The notes: generated by a model not told the origin, from the letters alone. DNA of 64,000 nucleotides from Octopus sinensis (GCF_006345805.1 NC_043001.1:55366001-55430000); one strand, 5' to 3'. Shown: positions 12,430-26,010, counted from the first letter of the stretch. A program made the numbers and translations.

Positions 12430-13745
12430 TCATCATCATCATTTAGCGTCCGTTTTCCATGCTAGCATGGGTTGGATGGTTCAACTGGGGTCTGGGGAGC
12501 CCGAAGGCTGCACCAGGCCAGTCAGATCTGGCAGTGTTTCTACAGCTGGATGCCCTTCCTAACGCCAACCACTCCGAGAGTGTAGTGGGTGATTTTATGT
12601 GCCACCGACACAGGTGCCAGACGAGGCTGGCAGACGGCCACGCTCGGATGGTGTTTTTATGTGCCACCGACACAGGTGCCAGATGAGGCTGGCGGACGGC
12701 CACGATCGGATGGTGTTTGTTACGTCCCCAAAGTACGGAGGCCAGTCTATGCGGTACTGGCTACGGCCACGTTCGGATGATTTTCTTGTGTGCCACCGGC
12801 ACTGGTACCACAAAGATACAAATTCCATTGATGTTCATCTATTTTGATTTGTTTTGATTTGATTTGATTTTCACTTGCCTCAAAAGGTCTTCACAAGTGT
12901 CACAAGAAGGAAGGTATGCACAGGTGGACTGACTACGTCCCAGGTAGGGGCCACGGGTTATGGCCTGACTAGTCTTGCCGGGTCTTCGGATGGTGTTTTT
13001 ATGTGCCACCGACACAGGTGCCAGATGAGGCTGGCGAACGGCCACGATCGGATGGTGTTTGTTGCATGCCCACAGCACGGAGGCCAGTCGATGCGGTACT
13101 GGCTACGGCCACATTCGGATGGTTTTCTTGTGTGCCACCGGCCCTGGTACCACAAGATACAAATTCCATTGATGTTCATCTATTTTGATTTGATTTGATT
13201 TGATTTTCACTTGCCTCAACAGGTCTTCACAAGTGTCACAAGAAGGAAGGAAGGTATGCACAGGTGGACTGACTACGTCCCAAGTAGGGGCCATGGGTTA
13301 TGGCCTGACTAGTCTTGCCGGGTCTTCGGTTGGTGTTTTTATGTGCCACCGACACAGGTGCCAGATGAGGCTGGCGGACGGCCACGATCGGATGGTGTTT
13401 GTTATGTGCCCACATCACAGAGGCCAGTCGATGCGGTACTGGCTACGGCCATGTTCGGATGGTTTTCTTGTGTGCCACCGGTACTGGTACCACAAAGATA
13501 CAAATTCCATTGATGTTCATCTATTTTGATTTGGTTTGATTTGATTTGATTTGATTTTGATTTTCACTTGCCTCAACAGGTCTACACAAGTGTCACACAC
13601 TTGCCTCAACAGGTCTTCACAAGTGTCATAAGTAGGAAGGTATGCACAGGTGGACTGACTACGTCGCCGGGTCTTCGGATGGTGTTTTTATGTGCCACCG
13701 ACACAGGTGCCAGATGAGGCTGGCGAACGGCCACGATCGGAGCGA
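12430..13745 (-). repeat. RTE 3'-UTR-derived element with internal tandem amplification (about 340-bp unit, about 3.3 copies, plus a 60-bp subrepeat)
   Basis: TGGTGTTTTTATGTGCCACCGACACAGGTGCCAGATGAGGCTGGC recurs near 12648, 12991, 13332 and 13680; each unit has a (GATTT)n tract; (CAT)n tail at 12430. Confidence 0.85.
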
Positions 13746-14491
13746 ACGGCCTACACATATGTAAATATAGATATATGTACGTACACATGCAACAGCATCA
13801 CCAAATTTTACTGTACACTTTTTCATTCTTGCATAGGTTGGACAAAACCTCTTGAGGCAAATCTTCTGTAACTAGTAGTTCTATCCAGGCACCAGCAAAG
13901 GCATTTGGCAATAAATGTTGCTCCAAATAACTTTTCACCAAATAGGAAAAAGGACTGTGTGAGTGTACAGATACACACACATATCTGCATAAGTGTATAC
14001 ATGTGCATATATCTTTTATCTTCTTTTAGTTTCAGTCGTGAATCTGTGGCCATGCTGGGGCACCACCTTGAAGAATCTTTAGTTGAATGAATTGACTCCG
14101 GTACTTTTTTTTTAAAGCCCGATATTTAGTCCCTGTCTTTTTTTTTTGTTGCCAAACTACTAAGCTTCGGGGATGTAAACCCATCAACACCAGTTCTCAA
14201 ACAGTGGTGGAGGACAAACACAGATACATATACAATGAGCTTCTTTCAGTTTCCATCTAACAAATTCACTTGCAGGACTTTGGTCAGCCTGCGCCTATAG
14301 TAGAAGACATGCCCCAGATACCACACAGAGGGACTGAACTCAGAAATGTAGTTTGGGAAGCAAGCTTCTTACCACACAGCCACACCTGTACCTATGCCTT
14401 ATACACATTAAATCTTTATACATAGATACACAAAGCTGTATATACAGTTCATGTAGGCAAATATATCAAGAGAAATGGAAATTGTACTTAC

Positions 14492-14581
14492 TTGGTACAA
14501 CTAATGATGCACTCCATATAGTTTCACCAGTTTCACTAACAGCACGGCAAGTATATGTAGCAGTGTCAGAAAAATGGAGAT
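14492..14581 (-). CDS. robo: Robo exon, Ig5 C-terminal part (90 nt, phase 1 to 1)
   Basis: cttttgcag|ATCTCCAT...GTACCAA|gtaagt; (D)LHFSDTATYTCRAVSETGETIWSASLVVP. Confidence 0.95.
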
Positions 14582-15569
14582 CTGCAAAAGATAAAAACAG
14601 AAGTTCAATTACACGCTGGTTCAACAGAGGAATCTTTTGTGTGAAGGCTTCCAGAAAATCTCTCTTCAATCATACCTTAACATTTCAGAAAGAGGAATTA
14701 TTCTAGAAGATTCAATAATGTAGTCTGAGATGAACAGGCTGAATACACCTCCAGCTTTACATACCTCCCAAAAATAGCAAAAATATGTTCATGGCTAGAA
14801 CATGTTTCATCACAGGTCGAGTCTATCTGAGCAGAACTGGGACTCAGCGACAATAATAAGTAGAAAATCAATATCATACTACTACTACTGATGTTGATGA
14901 TGATGATAATGATTTCAAATTTTGGCAGTAAGCCAGTAATTTCAGGGAGAAGATAAGTCAATTACATTGACCCCAAGTGTTCAAACGGTACTTCTTTTAT
15001 TGACCCCAAGAGGATGAAAGGCAAAGTTGACCTCAACAGAATTTGAACTCAAAATGTAAAGACTAATGAAATGCTGCTAAGCATTTTGTCTAGCATGCTA
15101 ATGATTCTGTCAACTAATGAAAAAAAAAAAGGGAGCTGAGAAGTATATTGAGCAACTCCCTGGTAACTCCAATCTTCATGAACTACACAAGATAACTTTG
15201 AAGGGTACAGCCCATATACTACGGAAAGTACTCTCCATCCAAAATGGAATAAATGTGGTGATGATTTTAGCACGCATAGCAAAACAAAAGTGCCCTTGCT
15301 GCTCTTGGCCCCCAGAGGATGTCTGGTACTAAGGCAGCTGAAATAAAATTATAATGAAAGGAAACCATAAAGGGGTAAGTTGACTGCATTGACTTCAGTG
15401 CTTGACCGGTACTTATTTTATCAACCTGAAAAGGATGAAAGGCAAGACTAACCTCATCAGAATTTGAATTCAGTGGAATTTGAATGTAAAGATGGACAAA
15501 ATGCCACTAAACATTCTACCTAGAGTGCTAAAGATTCTACCACGCCATTGCCTCACTATGATAATAATA

Positions 15570-15942
15570 AAATCCAAAATCAAAATCGAAATCTATCAAC
15601 ATCAATGGAAATTGCAGCTGTGATACCAGTGCCGGTGGTACATAAGAGAACCATCCGAACGTGGCCTTTGCCAGCGCTGCTCCGACTGGCCTTGTGCTGG
15701 TGGCACGTAAAAAGCACCATCCGATCATGGCCGTTTGCCAGCCTCGTCTGGCTCCTGTGCCGGTGGCACGTAAAAAGCACCCACTACACTCACGGAGTGG
15801 TTGGCGTTAGGAAGGGCATCCAGCCGTAGAAACATTGCCAGATCAGACTGGGCCTGGTGCAACCTACTGGCTTCCCAGACCCCAGTTGAACCATCCAACC
15901 CATGCTAGCATGGAAAGCGGACGCTAAATGATGATGATGATG
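15570..15942 (+). mobile_element. RTE 3'-tail retroposon (representative; others near 2830, 17910, 24590, 35875, 39340, 48680, 55405, 56930, 62826, 63125)
   Basis: Shared GTGGTTGGCGTTAGGAAGGGCATCCAGC...CCATGCTAGCATGGAAAGCGGACG and (GAT)n end. Confidence 0.8.
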
Positions 15943-16849
15943 CTTTGATTTGGTATAAAAGATGGGCTACAGCAAATATTCTACTCAATACCACAGATTT
16001 GCTTGTCAATTGTTTGACCTTAACCATTGAGCATATCCCTTTGGTGGCTGACGATATGTGCATCTCTGATCATGAGCAGAAGTAGTAGGGGAGCATTATA
16101 GCCATGTATGGTGGGGAATTCTTTGGGGTTTGAAGAATTCCATTCTGGAAACATGGGTGTTTTGTTAATCATCCTTAAACAGATATTATTCAGGGACCTT
16201 TTGAGTGAGATGAGCTACTTGACCTGATGAAAATTCTAACTTGACCTGCAAGGTCATGTGTTGTTTATCTTGAAATGAGATCAGCATGTTGTGCCCATAT
16301 AGCTGTGATGCATGTCCTTGGTGAACTCTTATAAGACAGGTAGTTATGGGTATATTGGACTTTGTATACTTGCATCCCAGAGTCACTTTGATGGAATATG
16401 CTGCTCTCACACTCAATAATATAGAAATTATCTCCGATTTAAATTGAAGAGCAGCAATGTTTGACAGTAGGGGTTAATCAATACCATCAAATTCAGTACT
16501 AAATTAGTATTTAATTTTATTGAACTCAAGGAAGACGAATGGCAAAGTTAAACTCAACAGGATTTGAAAGCATTTTGCCCAATGCCCAATGTTTCTACCA
16601 CTCCACTGTGTATATGTATACCAAGATGTATTTTGGTGAACTAATTATAATTTTTTTTATATTGACTCTTTGTGGTCTGCTCAAAGACTTAACTAAACCC
16701 CTTTGAACTAACTCCAGATTGTTAGTCTATCATTAGATGAGACTTAAAACAAACATAATAGCCTTATTTTCAATATAGTAAGAACAACCTTATTTACTAT
16801 ATAATTGTGTTAAGACTTGCTAGAAATGAAACAACAGTCTTTTCTTCTA

Positions 16850-17276
16850 TAACACTGTGTAACACAGCTTTTGTCCCTGGGTGGCAACTGTTATTTCCTA
16901 TTTGCTTACCCCTAGAAAGTATGAAAAATGGCTAAAGCTCCCCACTACTCCTGCTCATGATCAAAGATGCATATACTGTCAGCCACTAAGAGACATGCTC
17001 AAGTGGCTATGGTCAAGCAACTGACAAGCAAATCTGTGGTATTGAGCAGAATATACTTGCTATAATGACATTTCTGCTTCAGTACTGAATCCATCTGAAT
17101 TTGTAATGGAAAATAGGTCAATTTCAAAACAGTGATGTCAGGTCACAAAAGCAAAATTTTAAGGGAATAGTAGTCATTTCCTTTGATTTCTAGATAGAAG
17201 CAAATAGGAAATAACACTTACTGACCAAACTGACCAAAGACAAAAAAAATATTAAAATTTTGTTACACTGTGTAAT
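16850..17276 (+). mobile_element. MITE with long imperfect terminal inverted repeats, copy 1
   Basis: TTTGTC...TGTTATTTCCTATTTGCTT on the left mirrored by AAGCAAATAGGAAATAACA...GACAAA on the right; carries a piece of the TAA-associated repeat. Confidence 0.65.
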
Positions 17277-18285
17277 ACTCTAGCCTCTCGTTAAAAGGAT
17301 ACAAAAAATGTTGTCCTAATTATAATGCATTTGATAGAAACTAAGGCAGAATTATTATCTACTCACAGGTGTGCTGGACTATGAAAGAACTGGAGCTAAA
17401 CAAAATAATAAGTACCAAACAAGACTAGAATCAATCAATTCAATCACATGATCTGTATGCACACTGCAATTTTCTGAGATAAGTTGAAAAACGAGATAAT
17501 ATTTAGAAAAATTAAATATTTTTTAACACACCATACTAGTGCACATGTACTGCTTTGTAGTAAAACCAATGTGAGTGTCTATCTCCGTTTTAAAGCAACA
17601 TTAGTACTAATTTTTCTTTAATTTTTAAAAAGTAGCTGATGTGTTACAATGCTTTTTGTGTCTTAAGTAATTTTACCAATCCACTGGTACTTTATTGGTC
17701 TCCTGCCACCAATACATGAAATACAATGTTGATTTTGGCAGGATTTGAACTCACAGCACAAAGAACCCAAACAAATATTACTAAGCATTTTATCGGATTC
17801 TCTAATAACTCAGCTAATTGCTTGTCATCCTATGCAACTTTAACACCCAATAAACAGAAAATTTGTAACACCTAAAAAAGACAATCATTTGTAACTCATG
17901 TATAAGTATACCATCATCGTTGACATTTAACATCCATTTTCCAAATTGGCATGGTTTTCACAAGAGCTGTCAAGGCCAAGGGCTAGACCAAATTCCATAG
18001 TCTGTTTTGGTTTTGTCTTTACAGCTGAATACCCTTCCTAACACCAACCACTTTAGAGTGTTTTGGATGCTTTTTATGTAGCACCAGTGCATTTATGTGG
18101 CACCAGCACTAGTGATTTTTATGTGGCACCAGCACCAGTGATCTTTATGTGGCACCAGCACTTTTTAACATGGAACATTGTAGAGGACAGAACTTCTTGA
18201 GTACAAATATATGTAAAATAATAATGAACAAAAGAACAAGCAGCATGTTTTTTTAAAGAAGGGGATGAAACTATTTCACTCTTAC

Positions 18286-18504
18286 CAGATATTTTTAGAG
18301 ATCCAGTTCCAAGTAACATGAGTCTTGGATTGTTCATCTGCAAAGGACGACCATTTCGGAGCCATTGTATTGTAGGCATCGGATCGCCGTGTGCCTGACA
18401 AGGCAATACAGCATCCGTCTTTGCCTGCAATGTCTGATTTTGCGGGCCCATGTTAATAATAGGAGGTGGACGCATATCATCATCGGGGATTTCAGGATCA
18501 AGTT
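18286..18504 (-). CDS. robo: Robo exon, Ig4-Ig5 linker and Ig5 N-terminal part (219 nt, phase 1 to 1)
   Basis: tgattgcag|AACTTGAT...ATATCTG|gtaaga; (E)LDPEIPDDDMRPPPIINMGPQNQTLQAKTDAVLPCQAHGDPMPTIQWLRNGRPLQMNNPRLMLLGTGSLKIS. Confidence 0.95.
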
Positions 18505-19099
18505 CTGCAATCAAACATTGTAAAAGATTATTATCGTAAAAGAGAAGAGTAAAGATGGAGGCAGGATTCATAATGTTACAGACTAAAAATAAACTGGTTA
18601 TACTTTGAAAATTAGTTTCCAGGTGTAGAGTAGTTTCATTCACACTGAATTTACAATTACACCACAATGACTGAAATTTGTAATTACATCTAACATGGGC
18701 ACAAAGCCTAGATTTTTGGGAGCAGATGGTTAATCTTTAAAGTGAGCCAAATACTTTATTTTACTGACCCCTAAAGGGATTTGAACACAGAACATAAAGA
18801 ACAGTAAATAAATTGTGCAAGGTATTTTATCGGATACTTAACAATTCTTCCATTTCACTGATGATGATGATGATAATAATACATCAGGTGACATGTAACA
18901 TGAAAAATGCTAAAATATTGCTACAAGAATTACCCAATGACATCAGAGATAGAAAAAAAAAGAAAAAACAAATGAAGCCATAAAACCAATTGTGAAATGT
19001 TGGAACAACACTGATTAAGTAATACTCATAAAAATTTATATCTGTTTGTCACACATTATAAATGTTTACAATATCCAACATTTTCACAGCATGTGTAAA

Positions 19100-20400
19100 C
19101 ATGATCACCAGAATTACAACTCACATCAACAACAAAGTGTCTCCACATTCCACCAGCAAACTCAGAATTGAAAAATAATAATAGCTGTATCATTCAGCCC
19201 ATAGATAATAATTGGAAAGTGCATACTACACAGAAAGTACCAAGCAGTTCCCTACGAAAATAATGACAAAGTTCCTTACAAAAATGATGACAATTTAAAT
19301 ATTGGGCCAAATGTTACTCCTCAAGTCTTTCAAATAAAAGAGATATAGATAGGCACAAGAAGAATATGTTTCTATTCCTATATGTTTATTTGCCACTGGT
19401 TAGCCACCAACAAAACAAAAACACAATAGTATATTCCATTCAAGTTTGGAAGAAAAATAACCTAGATCTGAATATATTGCTGAACTCCAACAAAGTAGCT
19501 AGCTTAAGAAAATACATTCTCAGAATGAAAAAAATATCAGAAATTGAAAGCACATTTATAAGAAAGAATACATTACAAACATGCATTTAATCATCACAGA
19601 ATACCTAACAAAGATATAAGTACTGAGAATGTAAAATATGAAGATGGAACTAACATGAGCAACACAAACAATGCAAAGAACAAAACATGGCAAACCCATG
19701 CCCTAGGACTGCACAATAATGACCAAAAAGTACTAAACCTGAACCACACAAATGATAATATAAATGAAAAGGAATATGAAGTAGATCTAGAAATAGGTAA
19801 TTCTGAAGGAGGAAATCATGATTATCATACTCTAGGACTGAGTGTAATTCAAAATTTAAAAGCAGTTCAACTCCACTGCAAAATGATTCTACAAAGAACT
19901 TGGAAAAATAAAAGAGAAGTCAATGCAACACCAACAGCAAGAGGAGAATTTTGGGAAGGAGTAAGAGCTATGAAGGAATCACCGTAGAAAATATTCAACA
20001 AAACAAACACAACACTTAACCCAGGTACTGCAAACAATAAATAAATGGAAGGCATGAGGATATGACAAGGTCCCCAATTCATGGTTAAAATATTTGTATC
20101 TGGAAAGTCTCAAGTTATATACTGCAAGTGATAAACAAATGGAAACACAACTACAGACAGTACAAAGAAATCAAAGAGAGACTTGACATAGAAAAATGTA
20201 TCAAAGCAACCTTGAAAAGAGGAAAACCAATTAAGATATATTTGAACTCAAAATGCAAAAAGAAAGAAGAAATACTGCAAGGCATTTTTCCTGATACTCT
20301 AATGATTCAGCCAGCTTGCAGCAATATTCCTAACTTTCTTGCAAAGCCACAACTTTAGTATGAGATTAACCTCAACTACATTACAATCATAAATATCTCC
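19100..20400 (+). mobile_element. Highly decayed A-rich LINE ORF fragment, possibly R4/Dong-like
   Basis: Remnants EFWEG, KWKA*GYDKVPNSWLK and GIFPDTL (possibly a decayed GIFQGDSL RT motif). Confidence 0.45.
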
Positions 20401-22397
20401 TAAATTATAAGGCTAATATGCTTTCATGGTTATATTCAGTAGAAGAGCGATAAATATACCAGAAAAGGATACAACTAATCAAAAGTAATATTCTAATATT
20501 CCATAATGATCAGGTACCTATTCTTATCAGTTTAGTGAACTGAAGTATTGAACAGTAGTGAAGTGAGGAGCTGAGTCATGTAGTTTTAATTTCTGAAAAA
20601 AAAAGCTCTATCACTTGTATTTCGGAATAAGTACAGTGAAAACCTATTGTAAAGACATTCACAAGATATTTTGAAGTATGTTCCAAAAAACAACAATATT
20701 AAGCTTAGTAAATACTGTCAGATCATCCTCTGAAAATAATTCTTAAAACGGATTATTTGCATACATGTTTTTCAAGTATCTGACACATAGGTGCAACCAT
20801 GGCTGTGTGATAAGGAACTTGATTCCCAACCAAGTAGTTTTTGCTTCAGTCCCACTGCGTGGCACCTTGAGCAAGAGTATTCTAATATATCCTTGGGCTG
20901 ACCAAAGCCTTGTGAGTGGATTTGGTAGATGAAAACTGAAAGAAGCTCATCATATATATATATGCATGTATGTATATATCTATGTGAGTGTGTGTCATTG
21001 TGTATGTATTTGCTCCTCACCATCGCTTGATCACTGGTATTGGTGTGTTTAAGTCCCTGCAACTTAGTGGTTCAGCAAAAGGGACCAATAAAATAAGTAC
21101 TAGGGTTAAAAAAATAAGTTCCAGGGCCAATATGTTTGACTAAAATGCCATCAAGGTGGTGCTCCAGCATGGCTACAGTCAAATGATTGAAACAAGTAAA
21201 AGTTAAAAGATAGACAAAAGATATGTTAGTTAGCATAGGAATTCCTATTTAGACATAAAGAAATGTATAATTCTTATTACTTAAAACATTGTTTATTAGT
21301 AATGACATGAAAATTTACATAGTTTCTGATGTCATGTTAGTTAATTGATACCTTATTAGATAAGGTAAATATATATCTTAAAAACTCAATAATTATTCAC
21401 TAAAACTGAAAAATAAGGCGAAGTTTTTTTACTTTTTTAGAAGGTAGATTGGCTGAAACAAGAAGAATCTATAAACCACTTTGCCTTGGGTAGATTTAAA
21501 ATCAAACTAAATTTGAGTATTTATATGATTCTAAGTTCAAATTACAAGTCTTTTGAAATGTTTTAATTATACAATTTCCTGTTAGTTATACGCAGATAAT
21601 TACTTTTGAATTTTTAAAATTGTTCTTTAGAATAGCAATTTTTTCTCATTTAAACTTCATTAACATTCCAATTACTATGAGTTAAACAATTTCACTTTTC
21701 AAATTGAAAAATTATTGCTCAGATTACTCAGATTCAATTCTCGATTATGATAACAACCAAACTTAAGGTTGGAGATTGTGTTTTAAGCTCAATGTCTCAA
21801 CACCTGACACATAATGATTTAACACTTCATACAACTTTGTAATGTAATTCCAAATCTGTTCATGGATTAATGCAACGTTTTATATATCCCTTCACTGTCA
21901 CTTAAACCTTGAATCCTCTCAACAGCATGTCACGTTATACTAAGTGCACTCAATCACCTCATTCACCTACATCTTATCCATCAGCACTATGTCCATTACA
22001 CCACACACACACACACTCGTGTATGGACATCCTTTATATTTACCAAAACTGAGTGCAAATACAGCTCTGTTAACTTCATTGTTCCATGAAGAAGAATTCT
22101 TAACACTGCAATTCTTCTCCTAGGATAACTAAATGAAAATAGAATACGTGTATGAATATATAACACAGACACATATATCATATGTGTTTGTGTATGTGTA
22201 AGATGTCTACCAAAAGACTTGTAAGAGGCTAGTGAGATTACAGGGATGCAGTCAAAGTAGGATTCTTTTAATAGCCAATGATAGCTTTCCACAGACATGA
22301 ATGGACAGCCATCACATATGAATACATGTACACACACACACACACACACGCACACTGACATGTGTATACTGATAGATGCATAAAATTTTGTACTTGC

Positions 22398-22557
22398 CTC
22401 GAACTGTAATGTGAACTTTCTTATCTTTACTGCCAGCTGCATTATAAGCATGACATGTATACTCGCCAGCGTCTTCAAAACGCACTTGTCGAATGTGTAA
22501 TGTTCCATTTACATCCACTGAAAATCGGCCTAAATCTCGATTTGGAAACATAAGATC
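22398..22557 (-). CDS. robo: Robo exon, Ig4 C-terminal half (160 nt, phase 0 to 1), followed by a GC donor
   Basis: gtttatag|GATCTTATG...GTTCGAG|gcaagt; DLMFPNRDLGRFSVDVNGTLHIRQVRFEDAGEYTCHAYNAAGSKDKKVHITVR. Confidence 0.93.
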
Positions 22558-22799
22558 CTATAAACATTAAAAGGAGAGAAAACTATTAGTCATATGTTGA
22601 GATTTGTATTACATATTTTCTGCTATGATTAAATTTAATTATTTTATTTCAACCAGAAAATTGCAGAGAGAGAATAAAACCTTTATGTCAAAGGTTGGTG
22701 ACAAAAACCAAAATTGGCTGCAAGGCATCACAGAACCTTTGTGGTTCTAACTAAAACAAGAAAACACCACCAGCAAAATAATATCAAAAACAACAGTAA

Positions 22800-23292
22800 C
22801 ATTGTGTAACACATTTAAAAAATTTTCTTTTGTCTTTGGCCAATAAGTGTTATTTCCTTTTTGCTTCTAATCTAGAAATCAAAGATAACAACAACCATTC
22901 CTTTCAGACTTTGTTTTTGTGACACTGACATCAATGTTTCAAAACTGACCTATTTTCCATTACATTTCAGAAAGATTCAGTGCTGAATTGCTGAAGTAGA
23001 AATATCATTATAGCAAATATTCTGCTCAATATCACAGATTTGCTTGTCGGTGGCTTGACCGTAATCACTTGAGCATGTCCCTTAGTTGTTGACAATATGT
23101 GCATCTCTGATAATGAGCAGAAGTAGTAGGGTAGTATCATAGCCATGTGTCAAGAGGGATTCTTTGAGGTTTGAATAAATGTAACAAAAGCAAAGTCTGA
23201 AAGAAATATTAGCTATTTTTCATACTTTCTAGAGGTAAGCAAATAGAAAATAACAGTTGCAACCCAAGGACAAAAATTCTGATACACTGTAT
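22800..23292 (-). mobile_element. Same MITE, copy 2, inverted relative to copy 1
   Basis: Ends TTAGCTATTTTTCATACTTTCTAGAGGTAAGCAAATAGAAAATAACAGTTGCAACCCAAGGACAAAA, close to the reverse complement of 16868-16935. Confidence 0.65.
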
Positions 23293-23529
23293 AATTTAAT
23301 TAAACAAATAATGCAAAACCAAGAACTATTGAATAAGAGAGAGGCAACAACAGAAGCCATCATCAGTGAAGGATGAGGAGTAGTGATCATGAACACCTTC
23401 GATGATCCTCCAAAACTCGTAAAATCAAGGCAGTTGACATTCAGTTTGAATTCCTGTAAATCTTAAATCATTGATGCTTGTAAAAAAGATGTAGGTCAAG
23501 AAGATTGTTACCAAGAAAATATTTCACTA

Positions 23530-23742
23530 TACAGTATTCAGATTCCTTTGTTAAATACATTCATTAATTCACAACATTTGAATTAATCCTACATTATCTC
23601 ATAGCTTCAAGATTTCAAAGATGTGATTATGTGTTTTCAGAGTAACATTGTGGGGTAGGTGCTAGAGGTCAGTTATAGCCAGTTTGGACATGAAGCAGAT
23701 AGTGTATTTTGGCCAGATATGGCCAGTTTAAATGCTAAAGGG
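23530..23742 (-). mobile_element. piggyBac-like MITE copy, reverse orientation
   Basis: Reverse complement of the same family; ends AATGCTAAAGGG|TTAA. Confidence 0.7.
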
Positions 23743-25951
23743 TTAATGTAGTGTTTGAGCATTGAAGTACTGTCAGGATCATGGGTGGAAGAAAAGCTTT
23801 GAAAATAAGCAGCTAGCTAGTTTAGAGGGGTCACCATATAGCAGAGGTCGTGTGAGCAGCATCTTAATGAGCGAAGGATTGCAGCATATTAATGAGCGAA
23901 TCTTTGTCAATCAGTCAAAATAAAAGATTGAGCATAGACAGCCCCTCTTTGACCAAAGGTCTGCCCGATCAGGGATGAACCAAGGATAAAACAAGAATTT
24001 CATAGCTTTATATCAATTATAGCACCAAGAACCTTAAGCAATATAAAATAAAGAAAACACAAAGGAAAAAAACAAGTTCCAAAAACAAAAATATGCGAGA
24101 ATGAAAAAATTACAGCAGGGGTTTTATCTGGTGATCGCCCCCACCCCATCCACTAGTTATGGCACATTCACAACACCCCTCCACACACATTCTGACCATC
24201 AATCAGTAACTAATGATTTCTCCAGTTAAAACAATTTATAGTTTATTGGTATAAAGTAATATTAATGAATATTTTTGAGAATAATATTACTGACAAAGAT
24301 GACATGGGGAAGAAGGGAATGGAGATTATGACAGTGATGATGATGGTGATGATGGTGGTGATGATAAATGATGGTTCTAATAATGGAAGAAGGGGAGGAA
24401 TATGATATAAAAGACATAAAATTGTTTTATGATCTCCTGGAATCTAGGTGAAATAAAAACATCAGATATGCATCGCTCTAAGCAGAAACTGCAGGAGCTA
24501 CTTGAAGACTGAATTAAACTTAGCCTGCAGAAATTGTTGGTTGAGGCTGACAATGGAATGAATTGAATGTGGGTATGATGACGATGATGATGATCATCAT
24601 CATCATTGTCGTTTAACGTCCATTTTCCATGCTAGCATGGGTTGGCCGGTTTGACCGGGGTCTGGGAAGCCAGGAGGCTGCACCAGGCTCCAGTCTGATC
24701 TGGCAGTGTTTCTACAGCTGGATGCCCTTCCTAACGCCAACCACTCCATGAGTGTAGTAGGTGCTTTTTACGTGCCACCAGCACAGGGGCCAGAGGAGGC
24801 TGGCAAATGGCACCACAATTTTTCTTGTTGCTTAGCCCTGTGTTGATCTTGATCAAATAGAGCCTTGACAGATGAGAAGTGCTTCAGCCATAACCATCCC
24901 ATTTATTTTTCCTGGAACACTCTACTCTGGACTATATAATCCAAATGATAGAATGTGATGTAATACAGATTTAGCTGCACTTTCTTGGAGGCTCTCCAAC
25001 CATAGAGTTTCCCCTTGTTAGTGCAATGTACATTAGTTATTATTTATTTCTTTATTGCCCATAGGGAGCTAAACATAGAGGGAACAAACAAGGACAGACA
25101 AAGGGATTAAGTTGATTTCATCGACCCCACCACCATCACCTCCAGTGCATAACTGGTACTTATTTAATCAACCCGGAAAGGATGAAAGGCAAAGTTGACC
25201 TCAACGAATTTTAACTCAGAATGTAAAGATATGAAATACCGCTAAACAATTCACACTCGGCATGCTAACAATTCTGCCAGCTCGCTGTCCTCATTAGTTA
25301 TCATTCTTTTCCACTCAAGGTACAAGAACCGAAATTTGTGGGGAGGGTGCCACTCAATAAGATCAGCCCCAAAAGGATGAAAGGCAAAGTCGACCTTGGT
25401 GGAATTTGAACTCAGAACATAAAGCCAGACGAAATACCACGAGGCATTTTACCTGGTGTGCTAACATTTCTGCCAGCTTGCCACCCTCATTAGTTATTAC
25501 TGAAGGAGAATTGTATAAGGGTGAGCAGAGGAGAATAAATGGCAATAAATATTTTGAAAGAGAGAGTGAGGGTGTATGTTTGTGATTCATTTAAATATTT
25601 AAGTACATATCTGAGCATTTTTATGCATTTTGGTTTTATACAAGGTTAAATGAAAGTATGTGGCCTAGTGATTAGGTTGCTGCATTCATGATGGCTAGAT
25701 TGTGGGTTCAATTCCCAGATCAGATGATGTGTTATGTTCTTGAGCAAAACACTTAATTTCACATTGCTCCAATCCCCCTCGATCAGTGGGATTTGTTGGC
25801 CTACGCACCTTGCCAGCAGGGTGTTGTCATTTGATGGCTAAAATAATGCAAAGCGCATTATGATCAGTGATGTGTAACAGTATCTGATAGTCTGGTCAGT
25901 CACATGATCATGTGACATGGTTAGATATCATGTGTTTGTGTTATATACATG

Positions 25952-26010
<59 letters not shown>

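Noticed and set aside
12592-13745. CRISPR-like repeat-spacer appearance
   Set aside because: The spacers are themselves repeated, the unit is a LINE 3' UTR, the context is eukaryotic and there are no cas genes.
18119-18667. 182-aa ORF as a standalone single-exon Ig gene
   Set aside because: Only 18286-18504 is Robo-like and it is bounded by splice sites; the flanks are intronic read-through.
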